DNA of 64,000 bases. Source: Dudresnaya verticillata. Taxonomy: Eukaryota. The stretch covers positions 1,922,001-1,986,000 of the forward strand of contig OZ374562.1 of the NCBI GenBank assembly GCA_977862235.1, in the 5' to 3' direction. Made by a program: the position numbers and the translations under genes. Positions 46,709 to 60,812 of the stretch are shown here, piece by piece (positions within the stretch are counted from its first letter, which is position 1; every line of letters begins with the position of its first letter). The notes beneath the pieces are model-generated. The model did no database searches and had not been told where the DNA came from. It saw only the letters and a program-made list of their open reading frames with translations.

Positions 46709-49668
46709 CTAACCAGCAATGCTGGCGAGAAGGCAGGCGGCGGCGTTTTGCGGAACGAGGACAGCGGCAATGTGAGAGAAACAACGCAAGCGCGAGGTGC
46801 TTCGAGTCTCATTGAATCGAGTCGCTCTCGCGTCAGCGATGCGCGTAAAATACTGCCGGGCCTTCTGTAGCGATCCACCTGTGGTGTGTATAGCGAGAGG
46901 CAGCAGAGAGTACCTGTCTCCCAAGTCGGACATTAGGGCAGAGTGGCGGGTGACTTTGCCGGCGGCAGCCAGGTCAAGTGTCTGGGCTGGAGAGAGTGCC
47001 GTCGCGTTGACCCGTGCCGATGTAAGGGGATGCGGGATTACCACGCCAATGAGGACGCGGTCGCCTTGCTCCCCCATTGCGGCAATGTCGGGGCGTGTGT
47101 TGTGGACGCTGCCGGTGTCGCGGGGTTCGACGACAGGGTGTCAGGCAGCCTTGACGAGACTGGCGGCTGCTGCTTGCACGACAGCGTCGTGGCGGCTGAT
47201 GCGTGGGGATCCGTGTGGGCACACTAGGGCGTGCTTTTCGTATACGTCCATTGTCTCTTGACAGCCAGCCCGTCCGAATTTCTCCAGCGCGTTGGACAGA
47301 GGGACGCTACAGTAGAATTTGAACCATGTTCTGAATTCACGGGGAGATATGCTGGACTGGAAGGCCTTACAAGAAGAACAGTTTAGCCAGTCCTTTGGGT
47401 CAGGAAGGTTGAGGCACTTGCGGATAGCGATCGTGCGGATGTTCCCGGGCGGAACGCTTGCTGTTATACCCGCGTGAGCGGCGGCGGCCAGCTCCTTCTG
47501 TGAGGGGAAATGTGCTGGCGTCCAGAATACCAGAAGCCCCAGCTTGTCCCGCACGGAATTGTCAGGGCTTCAGAGAGATTCCCAACGGTCATAAGCGTCA
47601 CGCGTGTCCGGTAATGTGCTGAGCAGGTCATGGTCAGAGTGTCCTTGTAAACGAGCAGAGGTCTGATTTGTTTGTGCGACGGAGGCAAGGAAGGCGCAAG
47701 GTGAGAGCGTGACAGCGGAAGATATACCGATGCTGAGATTCACAGGGGTTTTCTGGGGTGCTCTTACTGGCAACTGCAGCTCTTTCCAGGTCGTGGGCGA
47801 CAAAGACCCATCAAGAATGTTGCGGAAGCACTCATAAATGCGCTGGTCCAACTTTCGACAGCCGTCGAGGGCCAGTCGCAGCGGTATAAGCCTCAGCAGG
47901 TACATAACGCGACTGAGACCGTAACAGTACAGGAGGAGAAAGTAAGCGACCTGTGTGTCGTCGAGGAACGCGATGGCTTCAAAGAGCTTGTCCATGTCGG
48001 TCACGTGGGAGAGGAAGAATTGCTCAACAAACTCGTCTGTACCAAGGGGTGCGTTGAGCACCGTAGTACCGTCGCCATATTCCTGTGTGACAGAGTCTGG
48101 GTCAAGAGAACGGGAGCCAGCGGACGGCTCGGACGGCCACCAGACGCTGCAATTGGACAGGTTCAGATCGAGCCCTCGGGCGCGGACAGTATCGGAGTCA
48201 AGGTATTCGAGGGTACGTGCGAGATATTTGTGCGGGCCCACAGCATAGCCGTCATCCAGGTTAAACGCCAGAAGGGACAGTGGCTCAATGTCAATATCCC
48301 CTGAATGCCCGAGGTGTCGTCTGCAGCGATATCTTGTGTAAACTCTGAGAGGGCGCGTAACACTGGCTGAAGCACAACAGAAAACTGAAGCGACCCCAGG
48401 GGGTCGCCTTGCTGAACCCCTAGGATGCTGAGGAGCAGATGCCTGTCGTACCATAGGTTGGCCGGAGCTGTTGCATAGCAGTATTCCACCCACACTGCGA
48501 GGTTCAGGAAGTGTTCTCGGACACCTTTGAAAAACTCGGTTCGACTGATAAGGTTGAAGGTATTAGAGAAGTCTACCTTGAGCGGTACTGACTGCGATGA
48601 GCTCTTGTATTTAGAGGTGAGGGCGCGTAGAGAGTGGAAGATAGTTGCGCATCCAGCCGGCGACGAGACCCCGAGTTGCAGCTTCGCGAAGTACACTTCT
48701 GCATCTTTCGAGACACGGGACATAAGGCAAGAGCCTACAAGACGGCGCAGAGTTTCCCCAACCGCGATGGGGCGGATATCGCCGTTGGGCTGCGCGAGAC
48801 CGGTTAGTGGGGCTCCAGCGAGCCATGGGGCGAGCGATGGGGGCCCGCGGCCCGTGGAGAGCAGATTCACAATCCTGGCGAGGCCTCCTGCGAAAGGAGT
48901 CGCAGAGGCCGGGTTGGGAGCTGCAAGAAACTCGGCAAGATGGTTCGGACGGAGACCACTTCCGCCCCAGCTGATGGTGTCGAGAAGCGCCGCACGAAGG
49001 CGGTGACGTCCTCAATACTAGACTGTGGAGCTTCCGGTTGCTGTGTGTCCGGGGGTATCGCATGCGTCTCGGCTAGTGCAACGGCTTGCAAGGGATACTT
49101 AAATCTCAGTCGCTCCGTGCGTTCATCCGTGACAGTGGGGATTCGGGCGGCTGTCAAGGCTTTGGCCGCTTTTCCAAACGCCCCTTCCCGTGCGAACGAG
49201 ACGGCCGTCGGGCATTAATGAATATTTGAGATGCTGAGGATACGGGCGTTGAGCTGTGGGAGGTCACAGACAATCCTAGCGCGTTCTGCCAAAGTTGCAC
49301 GTACTGTCCAGCTTCCCATAGACGTAGGCGCGCCCGGATCCCCTTCACTGTAGCGTTGCCAAGCTGTGTACGTAGTGCCTTGGTCGGTTGGGCCAGGATG
49401 GCCTTGGGGAAGAGCAAGAGTTGCGTGAACCCTTGCATGCTGCACGATTCTGCTTCGTCCATTCCCGCACGGTGGGGTGACGCGCAGAAAGGTGCGCTAT
49501 TGCCTTTAGCTAGTTTAGTTAAAGGCTCTCTCGGATCTTCCTGCTCACGTTGACGGATAGTCGAGATGAGCTGATCAAAGCACTGAATTGCACCTGGACG
49601 GATCCGGAGGGAATCTTCTGAACCCACAGCTGCCGCCATATGCTCGAGGGCTGGTACCTCACCCTGTA
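46709..49668 (-). mobile_element. CRE-like non-LTR retrotransposon (RT plus C-terminal restriction-like endonuclease), degraded and 5'-truncated
   Basis: IRPIAVGETLRRL, DFSNTFN, GVQQGDPLGS, NLDD; then C...HALVC...RHD and P.AI.T.G RLE-type motifs. Confidence 0.88.
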
Positions 49669-49764
49669 CACATTATAACTATCATTTTCGATGGGCTCGT
49701 ACCAGCATATTTATAAACTATGGCCTCCTCTTGCATTGTGAATGATGTCGTAAATATTTCCCAC

Positions 49765-52100
49765 CTAGAACGGAAACTCTGGTCTGCTGTCCTCGTAGCA
49801 CACAGCTACGAAACTGTTTCGATAGAACTGAAGTTCTGTTTCATTGATTAGCTCTCTGTGTACATCACCAGGCAGAAACTCCAACTCGTGATCCGCTAGT
49901 CCCTCCTTGCACTTGCCGTTGGTTTCCATGACGGTGGACAGATCCCAGTGAAATGGCTCCAACCTGTCGCGGTAGATTTCGTCCCGCAACTCTGTAAGAT
50001 TCTCAACCATTTTTACGATCGCAATGCGCGCCTCTTCTGAGGGAATGAGGTCACCAACCTCTTTCATGTCCGGAAGGGCACATGCTTGTGAGGGGGCGTC
50101 TTCGAAAATCAGGGGGAAGGTAATGAGCCCCTTTTGACCAGTCTTCGCGCCCAAGGGCTTCCATTGGTCATGGAATTGAACTCGTGCCTCGCACGCTGTT
50201 CTGAAACGTGCACCTTGATTTTTCCCTGAAACGCGGAAGAAGCGTACGAATCTGTAACGGGGAAACGCTTTCACCTTCCCAATGCACTTTGTGTTCTCGC
50301 ACAGACCAGAGACGTTTGGGATATGTCGTAATCTGGCTACATGTAGCTCTGGCGTGTAAGATTTGCCCAACGCCTCAATGAGAGCGTCCAATGTAACCGC
50401 ATCCCTGGTTTCCAGTCTGTTGGAGGTGCAGCTAAAGGTCTGATCAATATCGGAATGTGTATGTCCCACTGGTAGAAATGAAGCCTGCACTTCCTGAAAG
50501 ATACCCCACGCGACAAGACGTTCGAGGTGCGAGAACATGAAACGATTATTATTCGCTCTAGTGCAGTTACCCATTTGCTGGCGTAGAGTGGGCTGAACAT
50601 CCCCACGACCATACCGTATGCTCGGCGAACGATTAATTGTCTCTATAACGTGATTGGCACTTCTCTCATACTCTCCCGTCCTCATGAAAGGGCACAGATG
50701 CTTCGTAGGTCCATGCTGAAGGACACCCACCAGCTTCACTTTGATAGCGTGTTTGTCAACAGCGTTCGTGTTGACAACAAAGTGTGGAAGACCAAAGGCT
50801 GACTGGTCCGCCCCGTCCACAACAATTGAACAGTATTCGTCAGGGAACATTATTGCCTTCTCTGCGGTTTTCTTGTACTGCACGCGCCCCATCCACACCA
50901 TGGCCATGTGCTGCCGGCGGCGCATCCTGAAAGTCTGAGCAGCCTTTTTTGTCTGTATCTGCCTCGGCAAGGCCGGCATGAACATCCTCGCATTCAGTAC
51001 ACTTCGTGAACCGCCGAACCATTCGCACCCTTATATGCGCACAATATGACCTCCACGTTGTGTAGAAGTAGCTTTCTGTAGGAGGTGTGTCATTTGGATA
51101 CAACACTTTCTGATCCGTTACAGAGTTCTCATAGACAGTCTTTCTGTCGAAGTAGGGCAGATGCAACTCCGGTCTATCCGGCATGCGGTCAGCAGTTGTC
51201 TCAGGAAGGCGCTCAATGAAGGAAACGATTCTGTCCCTGTTCTCACAACTCACGTCATGAGTTCTCAAATTCTGGAAACCCGAGGATCCGCTAAACGTCT
51301 TAACCGATGTTTGCAAATCCCTGAAGAAACCGAACACCTTCTCCAATAAAGTGTAACAAACAGGCTAGCCATTGAATCGACATACCTTGTCAGATTGCAG
51401 TAGACGAGACAGGTAATCACGCCTCTCATTCTGTTCCATTATTAAAACCCGGCGAGCTCCAGCTTTTAAGTACACCTGCTCGCAAGTCATAAAGCATTTC
51501 TTCGTAGCGCAACATTTCTTGCGCTCCCAGTCTTAAGTACCTATATTTTTCAGTGCTGCCTTGCCTCGACGCATCAGCGCGGAATTTCCAGTTCTGGACT
51601 TCTTACGAGACCGTGTGTGAAAGCGATAAATACGCTTTTCGGTGGACCCTATTGGGCTCGTTACGTGATTCCGGAACATCGTTCCGTTCCGTGTCGGGCG
51701 TTACTGCCTTTCTTTGAGTCTTCATCTGAGCTGCCTCCCTCGCTTCTTATATATAGAGATTCACCATGTCCTCCATCTGATATGCGTCCCAGCAGTGCTC
51801 TCGTTTAACCATGTGATTCAGAATCTAGGGAACATCCCCTGCAGACTGATACTGAAACGGGTTCGGTAGCAATTCTGCTCCTGGGAGACAATGGAGACTA
51901 TGCACCACAACCCACACTTCGTCATCGCTTTGTTGTGAGTTGAGCGACCGTCCCTCAATAGCGGTGCAAAATCGCTCACTAACATCCGCCATGTCTGTGT
52001 GTGTCAGGAGCAGTGTAGCTCGAGCCACAGCTCTTCCACAGAGTGTGAACGACACACGAGCACCCGGCTTCAGTTGAGAAAGCGTGCAACTGGCCATCAA
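49765..52100 (-). pseudogene. Sola-like DDE transposase
   Basis: LHLP...FYTTW...FTKCTEC; IVVDGADQS; NC...NNN; FLPVGHTHSDIDQTFS. Confidence 0.7.
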
Positions 52101-54559
52101 TGCGGTTTGGCGTATGGTTAAAGTGCAGTTCCTTCGTAGTGCGGGACAGTAAAAGTAGTGGGCGGGGGGAGAGGGCAGTACTCCTCGGAGCTCGTGGCGA
52201 GGTGCGGGCGCAAAATACCCTGGAGGCCTCCCTGACGCCCTTCAATTTCAGTCAGGGAGCTCAGTAGAAGCTAAGGGGCGTAATAGTTGAGACTGGGCTG
52301 AAGAGGAGCCGGAATGAGTGGTAAAATCGGAACAGATGTTGGAGACACTGCAGCACGACGGAGATTCGTTCTGGAGACTTGTTCGATGACACGCGCAGTT
52401 ATGCGCCAATGGAAAGTAAATATCGTGTACCTGTCGTGTCCTGCACCCCCCGACACCGTGAGCAGTGTAGATTCGAGATTTCTGTGGCGATCCAGCCCAA
52501 TATTCTGATAGCTGAACAGTCCCGGAAAAGAGAGAGACGTAGGGATATGACCGTACACGGTCGCACAAGGTTGCCGGCACTCACCACATATCTTCCGATT
52601 GGCTCTCGAAACCGCAGCGTACAAATCACTCCCGAAGCCACCAAGCCACCACGCACCATGTGTGGAGCCTCTCGGGGCTCGCCGGGCCACATCCCCACAG
52701 CCGATGACGCCATTTTCCCGGTTGGCGACACCCAACCAGATGCTCCCAAAAAGAATATACGCCCATACAGTCAGAACGTCAGCCCGCGTTGGAAAGAGAC
52801 TCAAAGACTGCTGTTCCGACCCTGCGCTCCACGGCCGCGATCTCCGCAACGCCACCCCCGACCCTCATCCCGGAGCATCGTTCCACGCTCCCTCACAGCC
52901 GTCGCCGAACATTATACCCCACGCCTCTTCCAACCCTCGTCCCTCCACTTCGCCCCCTGTCCGGCCTGTGAAGTCCCTGAACCGGGTACGCTTCAACTCA
53001 AACGATCACCACAAAGAACCCTTAGGTGCAGTGCATGCCGCTCCACGCCCGCCGGATCCACTCTTCTACGTGTTATACATATCTCTAGCGCGATCTACGC
53101 CACGGCCCTCGAGATGACCAAGCCTTCCGCCGTCACTAAGCCTTCCCGACGCCCTACGAGTGGATACTCGCTGACCACGGATGGCGTACTGAAACAACTC
53201 ACAGAGTCTCTCCAGGAACAGAACGAAGGATTACGAGCGACGCGCTTCCGTGTTAACCAGTGTAAGGAAGTACCTTTTAGGTCTCTTGTGAACTCAAAGA
53301 GTGCACTCAATGAGAAAGCCACAGAGCGGGTACCTGGTAGCGGTGGTAGAGTAGGAGGAACCCAGAGGGTAGACGAGGGCACGTAACCTGATTGGAAGCA
53401 CGATACTGAAGGTATTTCACTGGGCGGGCGGTTAACCGGGCACGGGTGACAAGTGTGCTGCGGTGACGATAGCTTGGAGACGTAGTTGGGCCGGAACGTG
53501 CTTGCCTTTACTGTACAGTGACCGCTGCGGGAGGTACCCTTATATGGTACTCCGACTGTCAGGCAGCAACCCTCATTCTGGGCTATACACGCCCCCTATC
53601 CTAAGCTATAATTTCTAAAATTAGAAGACAGATACTAAGCTACTGACCTACAGGGTGACACTTGGACCAATCATAGGCTACCCGTCTTGTCCCTGCTGGC
53701 GCCCTATAGGTAACGCTATTTCAGCGCATACACGCGGGCAGAGGGCCCACTTCTGTAAGCCCTTCACTGTATTACAACCAGGTTGAGCAGCAGCAGAATG
53801 TCCGCATGGTACAGATGGAGCAGCATCAGAAGGCGCGCATGAACCAGATCGAGCAGAACCTTAGTCAGACGCGAACCACCCTGTCAAACCAAATTGAGGA
53901 ACGCGCAGCCGATTCAAACCGTATTGCCAAGAACATTGCTGAGTAGCAAACGGCGCGCCGTGTAGCTCTCTTCTCGAATGGTTCATATAGTCTGCCTGCA
54001 CCCACCCTCAATACTGCCGACAAAAGAGTCCCAACGACTCCCACACCCCACCTGCAAGTCCCAGAGAATCCCAAGGAGACTACTATGGACCCAACCGGAC
54101 CCCTACAACCTATGCCGATGCCACTGCACGCCCCCGGCCCCACAAACGTCTCGGCCAATGACCATGGAAGTCCTTGCCAAGACCTACAGAAAGGACCGTG
54201 AGCCCCTTGCTTCCACATGGGAGCTTGAATCCCCTCTCATCGCGTCCTACTTCCAATATGATCAGTGGGTCCCGGTCGGAGACTTGCACCGATGCTTGTT
54301 AAACGATGCCGTGGACGGGAACCGCAGGGCTCTCCGCGGAATCTCGTATCACTGAAAATTTTCTGATTAACGGAAAGTTGGAAATATTTTTCGGAAACCA
54401 CTCAAAGTGCTATAACTTTGGAACGAAGCATCCGTTCACAGAATGGATTTCAGTAGGGTGCTCCTGGAACTCTCCTATTTCGCTTGAGACCATAAAATAT
54501 TTATTCGGATATTTCCCGATTTTTCACTTATTCTGAAAAGGCCGCATCGCTGTCATCAC

Positions 54560-56036
54560 TGCTCGTCCTCGCTTTCCGTTTCCATTGCCTCATATTCTAC
54601 GGCTCCACTTCAAAGTTGCGCCTGTTGTGGGCGATTATGCGCAGTAAATCTTCTGAGAGCTGGGATTCTTCCCACTGCCCGTTATAGTTTAAAGACATGC
54701 CAACCCTCACCATGGCCTTTCTTTCGTACTGTACGACATTCGTATCTCGCTGTGAGTTAACTGCTTGGATGACTTGAGCAGAGAGCTTCATAAAGAAACT
54801 AATCCCAGGATTAGGCAAGTTGCCGCTGCCCTCAGACCACTCCCCACATTTGATGCATTTGTATTTGAATTCGTCCCAACGAACTCGCCATGCGTCTTTT
54901 ATCTTTTGAATAACAAAATAATCAGCAGGTTGACCAAGATAGGTTGCGTTTGGTGGGAGCTTCTGAAAGGTTTTGCCAATGGACCTTTATTTCTCGGCTG
55001 TATCCTCATCCACAACATGTCCTGGGCAGTTATCCACGTATAGGATTCTCTGCTGTCAAATCGGAAGAGGCTTAATTGCGCGGATCTCAGAGAGCCATGA
55101 ATTGAAAACGTTCCCGTCGATCCAACCCTTTGGCCCACTCCTATAACAAACACCAGGGAAATCATCGACAACACCTTTGATAGGGTAAGAGTGATTTTCT
55201 TTTTTAATATCAACATGGGAGCTTCAATTCGCGCATTCACTCCGCCTGTCAGCCGCACCATCGTTGTGATAGGATCGCCCGCGGATACAACATCAGCATA
55301 CTTCACGTGGTTTTCCCCTTTGAATCCAAGCACTTTCCCATTGTCCATGTTGCACATGAAGTGAGTTTCATCGCCATCCTCTATGCGATCCTCATTGAGT
55401 AAGCCCGACTCGAATCCCCTCTTCAATCGATAAAGATGGAAAGCAATGGACTCATCAATTATTTTCTCCTTAGCAGGACTGGTTAGAAGTTTGCCAGCCT
55501 GCGCGCGAAGAACAGCATTGTTGGCAACCATAAAATGCTGCACGCAACGAATGGTAATCTTGCGCCCTATTGGTAAGTTACCATCAATTGCTCCGGAATT
55601 GAACTCGCTCTCAGGTGGAGCGTCCCGAATTCGAGCCCTTGCGCGGGTCTGTAATACCCTGGCGGAAAACGTAATGCCCAAGGAGCGTAGACGGTCAAAC
55701 TCGGATAGCAGTTCCAGAAAGAATGCAGATGCCCGTATCGAGCGCTTTCGACCGCGGCATTTACAGTAGAGCTTTAAACCTTGATTGTTTGATGCCTCCC
55801 TTGATGTCTCCGGAAAATATATGTCTTCGTTGACCTGCCACTTTCAAGGCCAGTGTCTGTTCGCGCTTCCTCCGCCACAAACTGACCTTATTCAAGTTGG
55901 CCTTTTCCGTAGCCGGGAAGAACTGTGGGAACTTTCTCACGGCGTTTGAGATAATGTGCTGTGTTCCGTTGGTGGTGGCGAAGTCTACCATCCCTTTTGT
56001 TGCCCTGTGGAGATCGGAGATGCTCCATACATGCAT
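54560..56036 (-). pseudogene. pogo-like DDE_1 transposase, frameshifted
   Basis: IEDGDETHF, ITTMV...G...P, YVDNCPGH and PPNATNLGQPAD motifs across frames. Confidence 0.8.
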
Positions 56037-56559
56037 TTTCCGGTGGCGCGGAGTGGTTGTGGCCGGATGAGCCGGTTGATGCGGAGATGAGAGCGCTTGT
56101 GTTGCGGGGGGTGGTTCTCGGTGATTGCTCGTCCTGCATCGGGATCGACGCGGCGGTTGCGAAGTGCTTGTGCAATAACCCTTTCGATAAGGCCGTTTGA
56201 GCGCGGCATATCCTCGTGTAACACTCAACAGGCGTGAGGTTGCAGATAAGGGAGGTGGGATTTGGGGAGTGCAGATTGTTGTTCTGGGACAACATCGATA
56301 TACGTTTGGGCGGCAGATCGGGTACTGCACAGTCAACCACGATGACCAAACCTGCCGGTGGTGCTTCCAATTCACCGCCGATCACATCCGTTTTTGCCGC
56401 ATAGTTATACCTCGGAGAGCAGAGCAGGGGTGAGGCACAATACAGAATAGTATCTTACTGTATTTGATGCGTGCAAGCACAACAATATTGTTATAACAAA
56501 CCTTCGTGCGCGAGACACGTTCAGAAATTGGATTGGCCCAATGTATTTATGCACCCAAC

Positions 56560-58130
56560 AAAATATTGCCGCCAAATCTAAATCCTGTGATCGGTGTACT
56601 TTTAAAGTTCCTCATTCCAATAGTTGTTTCGATGTAATAGAACTTTAATACCTATGTAATTTGAATGTCCACAAAATTGTTTATGGACCTTCTCAACTAT
56701 TTCTTGGTCTATGACCACGGGCGAAAAGTTTTCTCCTTGATTTGCACGGTTGCACAAATTATGGTCTTAGTACAATTGGTAATTGTGCATCATTGTAAAC
56801 TAGAAACTTCGAGTAGGGGATGTATAAATGGAACTCTTTGTCACAGAGAGCAATAGAATCACTGCCGTTAGGTAAGTGAAGCATTTTAACACCGTTATGG
56901 ATAATATTATAGTGCTCCGTAAAATGTCTTCCAACTAACCATTGAGATGACCCAGCGATAATGAGGTGACGATTTTAAATAATGTCCTCTCTCTAAGTCT
57001 TAACACCGAAAACAATTGATTTCAGGATCTTCCGGGACTCACTGGAGCTAGTTCCAGCCACATATTGCCAGTACTCATAACATTCGAGTTGACGGGGTAC
57101 GAGATCTAATTTTCTAATTCAATTTGGCTTGGGCTGTAGAACTTTGTACCCTTCTTCGCCGATACCACTGTAAGGGGCTCCATCATCAAGGAGTGGGCCT
57201 ACAAATGTGTCCAACGGCTCATCACAGCATAGGCATGCCATATTAACCGTAACCTTTTATGATGGATTGATCAGCCGGGGTTTCAGTCTAAGATGGCTGT
57301 TCAGTGCATATTGTGTGGAGATTAAGGTATCTATCGGAGTTATGGTCGCCTTTCCAGTGCCCATTTTGCTTGCATTTCATATTTGACTTCTACTCTTCAC
57401 ATCCGCGAGTTCTTCAGGCGTCAAACGACGCTTTTTCTTTCGGGCTTGCATTGAGGCCTCCTTTTTTGTTGTAACTTGGTTCAAATTCATTAAAAGACTA
57501 TCTGATGGGTTCTTACCTGGATCAAACTGTCGTAAAACAGAAGCAACAGTGTTGTATGAAACCGATTTCAATAAATGGGCTGTTGTAGCATTTGCTCAAC
57601 GCTTTCGCTAGTTGAAGCTTCTGTGAGAAAGAAAGCCTTGGATTATTCTCAACATTGCATTCGACGAACAACATGAACGCCGTGAAAGCTTCTGGGAGCT
57701 TGGAAGTATCGGAAGTAGCATTGAAGTTGGAGACTTGGGCATAAAGCGTGATTCGAAATTTTTGAACTATTCAGCTTGTCCACGCTTGGTATCCATGAGA
57801 TGGATAAAATCTTGATAAAATCCATAGGAAACAGAGAGCGAAGCGCGTTTGTATACAGCATTAACAAGTGATGATGATCCAGCATTAGAATGAACATCAG
57901 TATCTGATCCCTTGCCCGACCGTACAGCTGGAATTGTATCATAATCCCATGAACATTTGTAGGTATCTTAGTTGAGTTTGAATCTGGGAGCGCGTCACGG
58001 AAAAATTTCCATAGTTCCACGGAGATTATATACTCCTCCTGATTTCCTTTGCCTTCCGTCGAAGGGACATTTTTGATATCCCAGGAGAGTCAATGACGGC
58101 TCGGAAGTGTAGTAGGCTTTTCTGGACCCA
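56560..58130 (-). pseudogene. Ty1/copia-like gag-protease-preintegrase remnant
   Basis: ELWKFFRDALPD...LYGRARD (gag-like), LLDDGAPYSGIG (protease-like), VHKQFCGHSNY..LL.RN..W (GAG-pre-integrase-like); heavily degraded. Confidence 0.55.
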
Positions 58131-59659
58131 TGATGATGTAATTTGTGGTGCAGTCTCGAAAGAAACAAACGATAGAACAAACCCGAGCTATAATATGGAT
58201 CTGGGAATGACTTCTGTTCTATTTTTGTATCGTGCATCAATCTTGTTTCAATTTTTTTCTATTCAGCTTAGATCCATGCTGCCGACAATTGCATGTATGG
58301 AGAAGAAGAATATACAGAACATGCATTACTTCCGAAAATGAGATATCTTTCTAGAACAATTACTATTACAGGTGCATCGGTATTGCACTTGATATCGTGT
58401 ACTGCATCTGAGGATCTGAATCCTAGTAGATTGCAGTGCCCCGTTGCTCTAAGTGAGAATCTGCTTCATCCTACGCTCGAGCTCGTGCCTAACTACCTCT
58501 GCACCAGCAGCTCAAAGCAGATATACAACAATGCGATTCGTTGAAACTGGTGCGGTAATCCTTGTGGTGACGCGCTGGCGTTTCCCCATAAATGTAGCTG
58601 GCAGTTGCACCGAGCAGTTGTCGAGTAGGTCAACAAGAGTTCGCGATAATGTAAGGTGAGAAGGGGCGTGTCAGCTGATGTACACGTTCCGGGAAAGTCG
58701 AGACGGATACAGATGCCCCGGCCGATTCGACCCCGGTCGCGCGACCATGGGGCGCAGTGCTGAGAATGGCAAGAAACCATACGTCGGACGCATTTCCGGA
58801 TGAAGCTACTCCGTGTAGGTTGTAAACATCAGAGAAGGGAACGACAGACGGAACAACGAATCCCAAACTCATTCCTTAATAGATACCCCATAAGGCGCGC
58901 GACAAGAAGTAGAATCAGAGGTAGTCGCATCCAGTCGAGAGTAAAGCAGATCGAGGAAACCAATAGTCCCCTTCCCAATCGAAGAAGGTTTCGCGTGCAC
59001 CCTCGCGATCAGACCAGGAGCGAAAAGAATGTTCAAGTACACTTTGTGCTGAAGTGGCAGACAATGGAACGGTCGCTCTACGCTGAGGTCCAATGCAGCC
59101 TGAGAATACTTTACGAAAGCTTACCCACTGCCTGCAGTGATTAGATGTGAGAAATGCTTTGTTTATGATGTTCATGGCCCGCATCAGCCACATTCCAGCA
59201 ACAGAGCGATATCCGCGAAGGTCAAGATTCGACATGGAGAGCCCACACCCATTGGGGTGTTCACTCGAAAATCACAACAGGAACAGAAAACAACGACTGA
59301 ATGTTTCCGCAGAAAGGACTTTAGCTGCATATCACCACCGTTTGTGCTACGAACAAAAAGATGTGCTGGTAAGGGTTACAGGGAATTGAGTTCCAATCAA
59401 TGGCTACTTGCCACCTTCACAGTTTGAGTTGCAAATTTATACTCAGCCATTGTTTGCACGTGACCGAAAGAGGAATTGCAATGCAGTTCCACGTGGAATA
59501 TTGTGTCAGCTTGCCATCGATTTTAGGGGGACTTTGCCACGACACACGCGACGACCGTCGGACTAAAACAGGCTTTCCGGCATTCGAGCCTGCTGAAGAG
59601 CCGCCACCCCTGACTTTCATATTCAAACGCCCAGGTTCGACACAACCCCAGATTCGACA

Positions 59660-59718
59660 TGTGCACATGCCCAGCTTTGACAAATGTGACAGTTGTGTCA
59701 AAACTGGGCATGTGCACA
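59660..59718. repeat. 23-bp inverted repeat with a 13-nt loop
   Basis: TGTGCACATGCCCAGCTTTGACA / TGTCAAAACTGGGCATGTGCACA (22/23). Confidence 0.85.
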
Positions 59719-59799
59719 CGTTGCAACAGACGTTGGATATGACTTGCGCTTGGAGTGCATGGCAAAAAACTCCGTAAAACACCCGAACGCAATACACGT

Positions 59800-60400
59800 G
59801 GCGTGCTAATATAATGCACCGCGCGCTGCCGTGGTGTAAGTACCAGAACATTACTGGACGCACCGCAGGGCCATTTGGATGGCTCCCTGTGATTGGAAAC
59901 ATATTTATGACTATTCGCGCAGACAAGCGCCCGATTGTGGGCACTGTACTTTAGGCGCGCATTCGCGGGGACAGTGTATGGCCGCTAGTATGGCCGCCAA
60001 TTCACTAGCTGTAATTGTGCTAACTGAGATAGTTTATAATAGGGATAGCGGCGAAGGCGCTTTCGGCCTTGGCCATATTTATTGGGCCCCTGACTAGCAG
60101 GGGTCTGCAACCCACGGCGGGTTTCGGTTTGAACCCTTTTTCTGGTCTGCACGTGTCCATCGTACCTTTTGTCCCATTCCCGGTGCTTTACAAGCCTCCT
60201 CACGCAAGAATACGTTATCTAAGTGTGCCAGGGTGGCGCCGCCCTATTTTCCTTTTCCTTCAGGCTCTTTTCCGGTTTCCCTGCTGTTCAAGTCTCTACC
60301 AAACCCCTCTTTGAGTTACCCAAGTTTCGGTCTGTGCGCCGTCAGGACTGCGGCCCTTGGCGGTCTTGGCGGGCTTCTGACTCGGCGCGCCATACTACTA
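59800..60400 (+). mobile_element. LTR-like sequence (family D relative)
   Basis: Homologous to 16030-16349; ends ATACTACTA; left boundary uncertain. Confidence 0.5.
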
Positions 60401-60812
60401 TATTTTTATCAGCTCTCGGTGGAGAAGCTCTACGAGTTACCTAAGCGCGCTAAGCCGGAAGATGTAGATGTCGATACTGAGGAGTTGTTGGATGACATAA
60501 CCAAAGAATTCCGAACCTTCCAAAGGTTTTCGCTAAAAACCTCAAAGCTTTAAGGTCTCTTTTCCACTAGAGATTGTAATTAATCAAAAGATAGTTTTGG
60601 ACTTGATGTTTCTAGATGGAACATTCCTTCATGTTGTATATTTGCAAGCTCAATTTTCTTCACCTGCTTTTCTACCCGGCCGCTCTCTACAAGCAATATG
60701 GTATGTTTTTCCCTAGAATGCTGGGCAACTGTTTATACAGATTTCCCAGATTATATTAGAACTGATCGCGGAAGCCTGTTTACTTCTCGTAGTTGGAAAG
60801 AAATTATGGACA

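Noticed and set aside
52250..54540. 335-aa ORF (52379-53386) and small inverted-repeat segment (54350-54535)
   Set aside because: No motifs, termini or TSD that I could support.
58300..59600. Fragmentary ORFs
   Set aside because: Too degraded to assign to any family.
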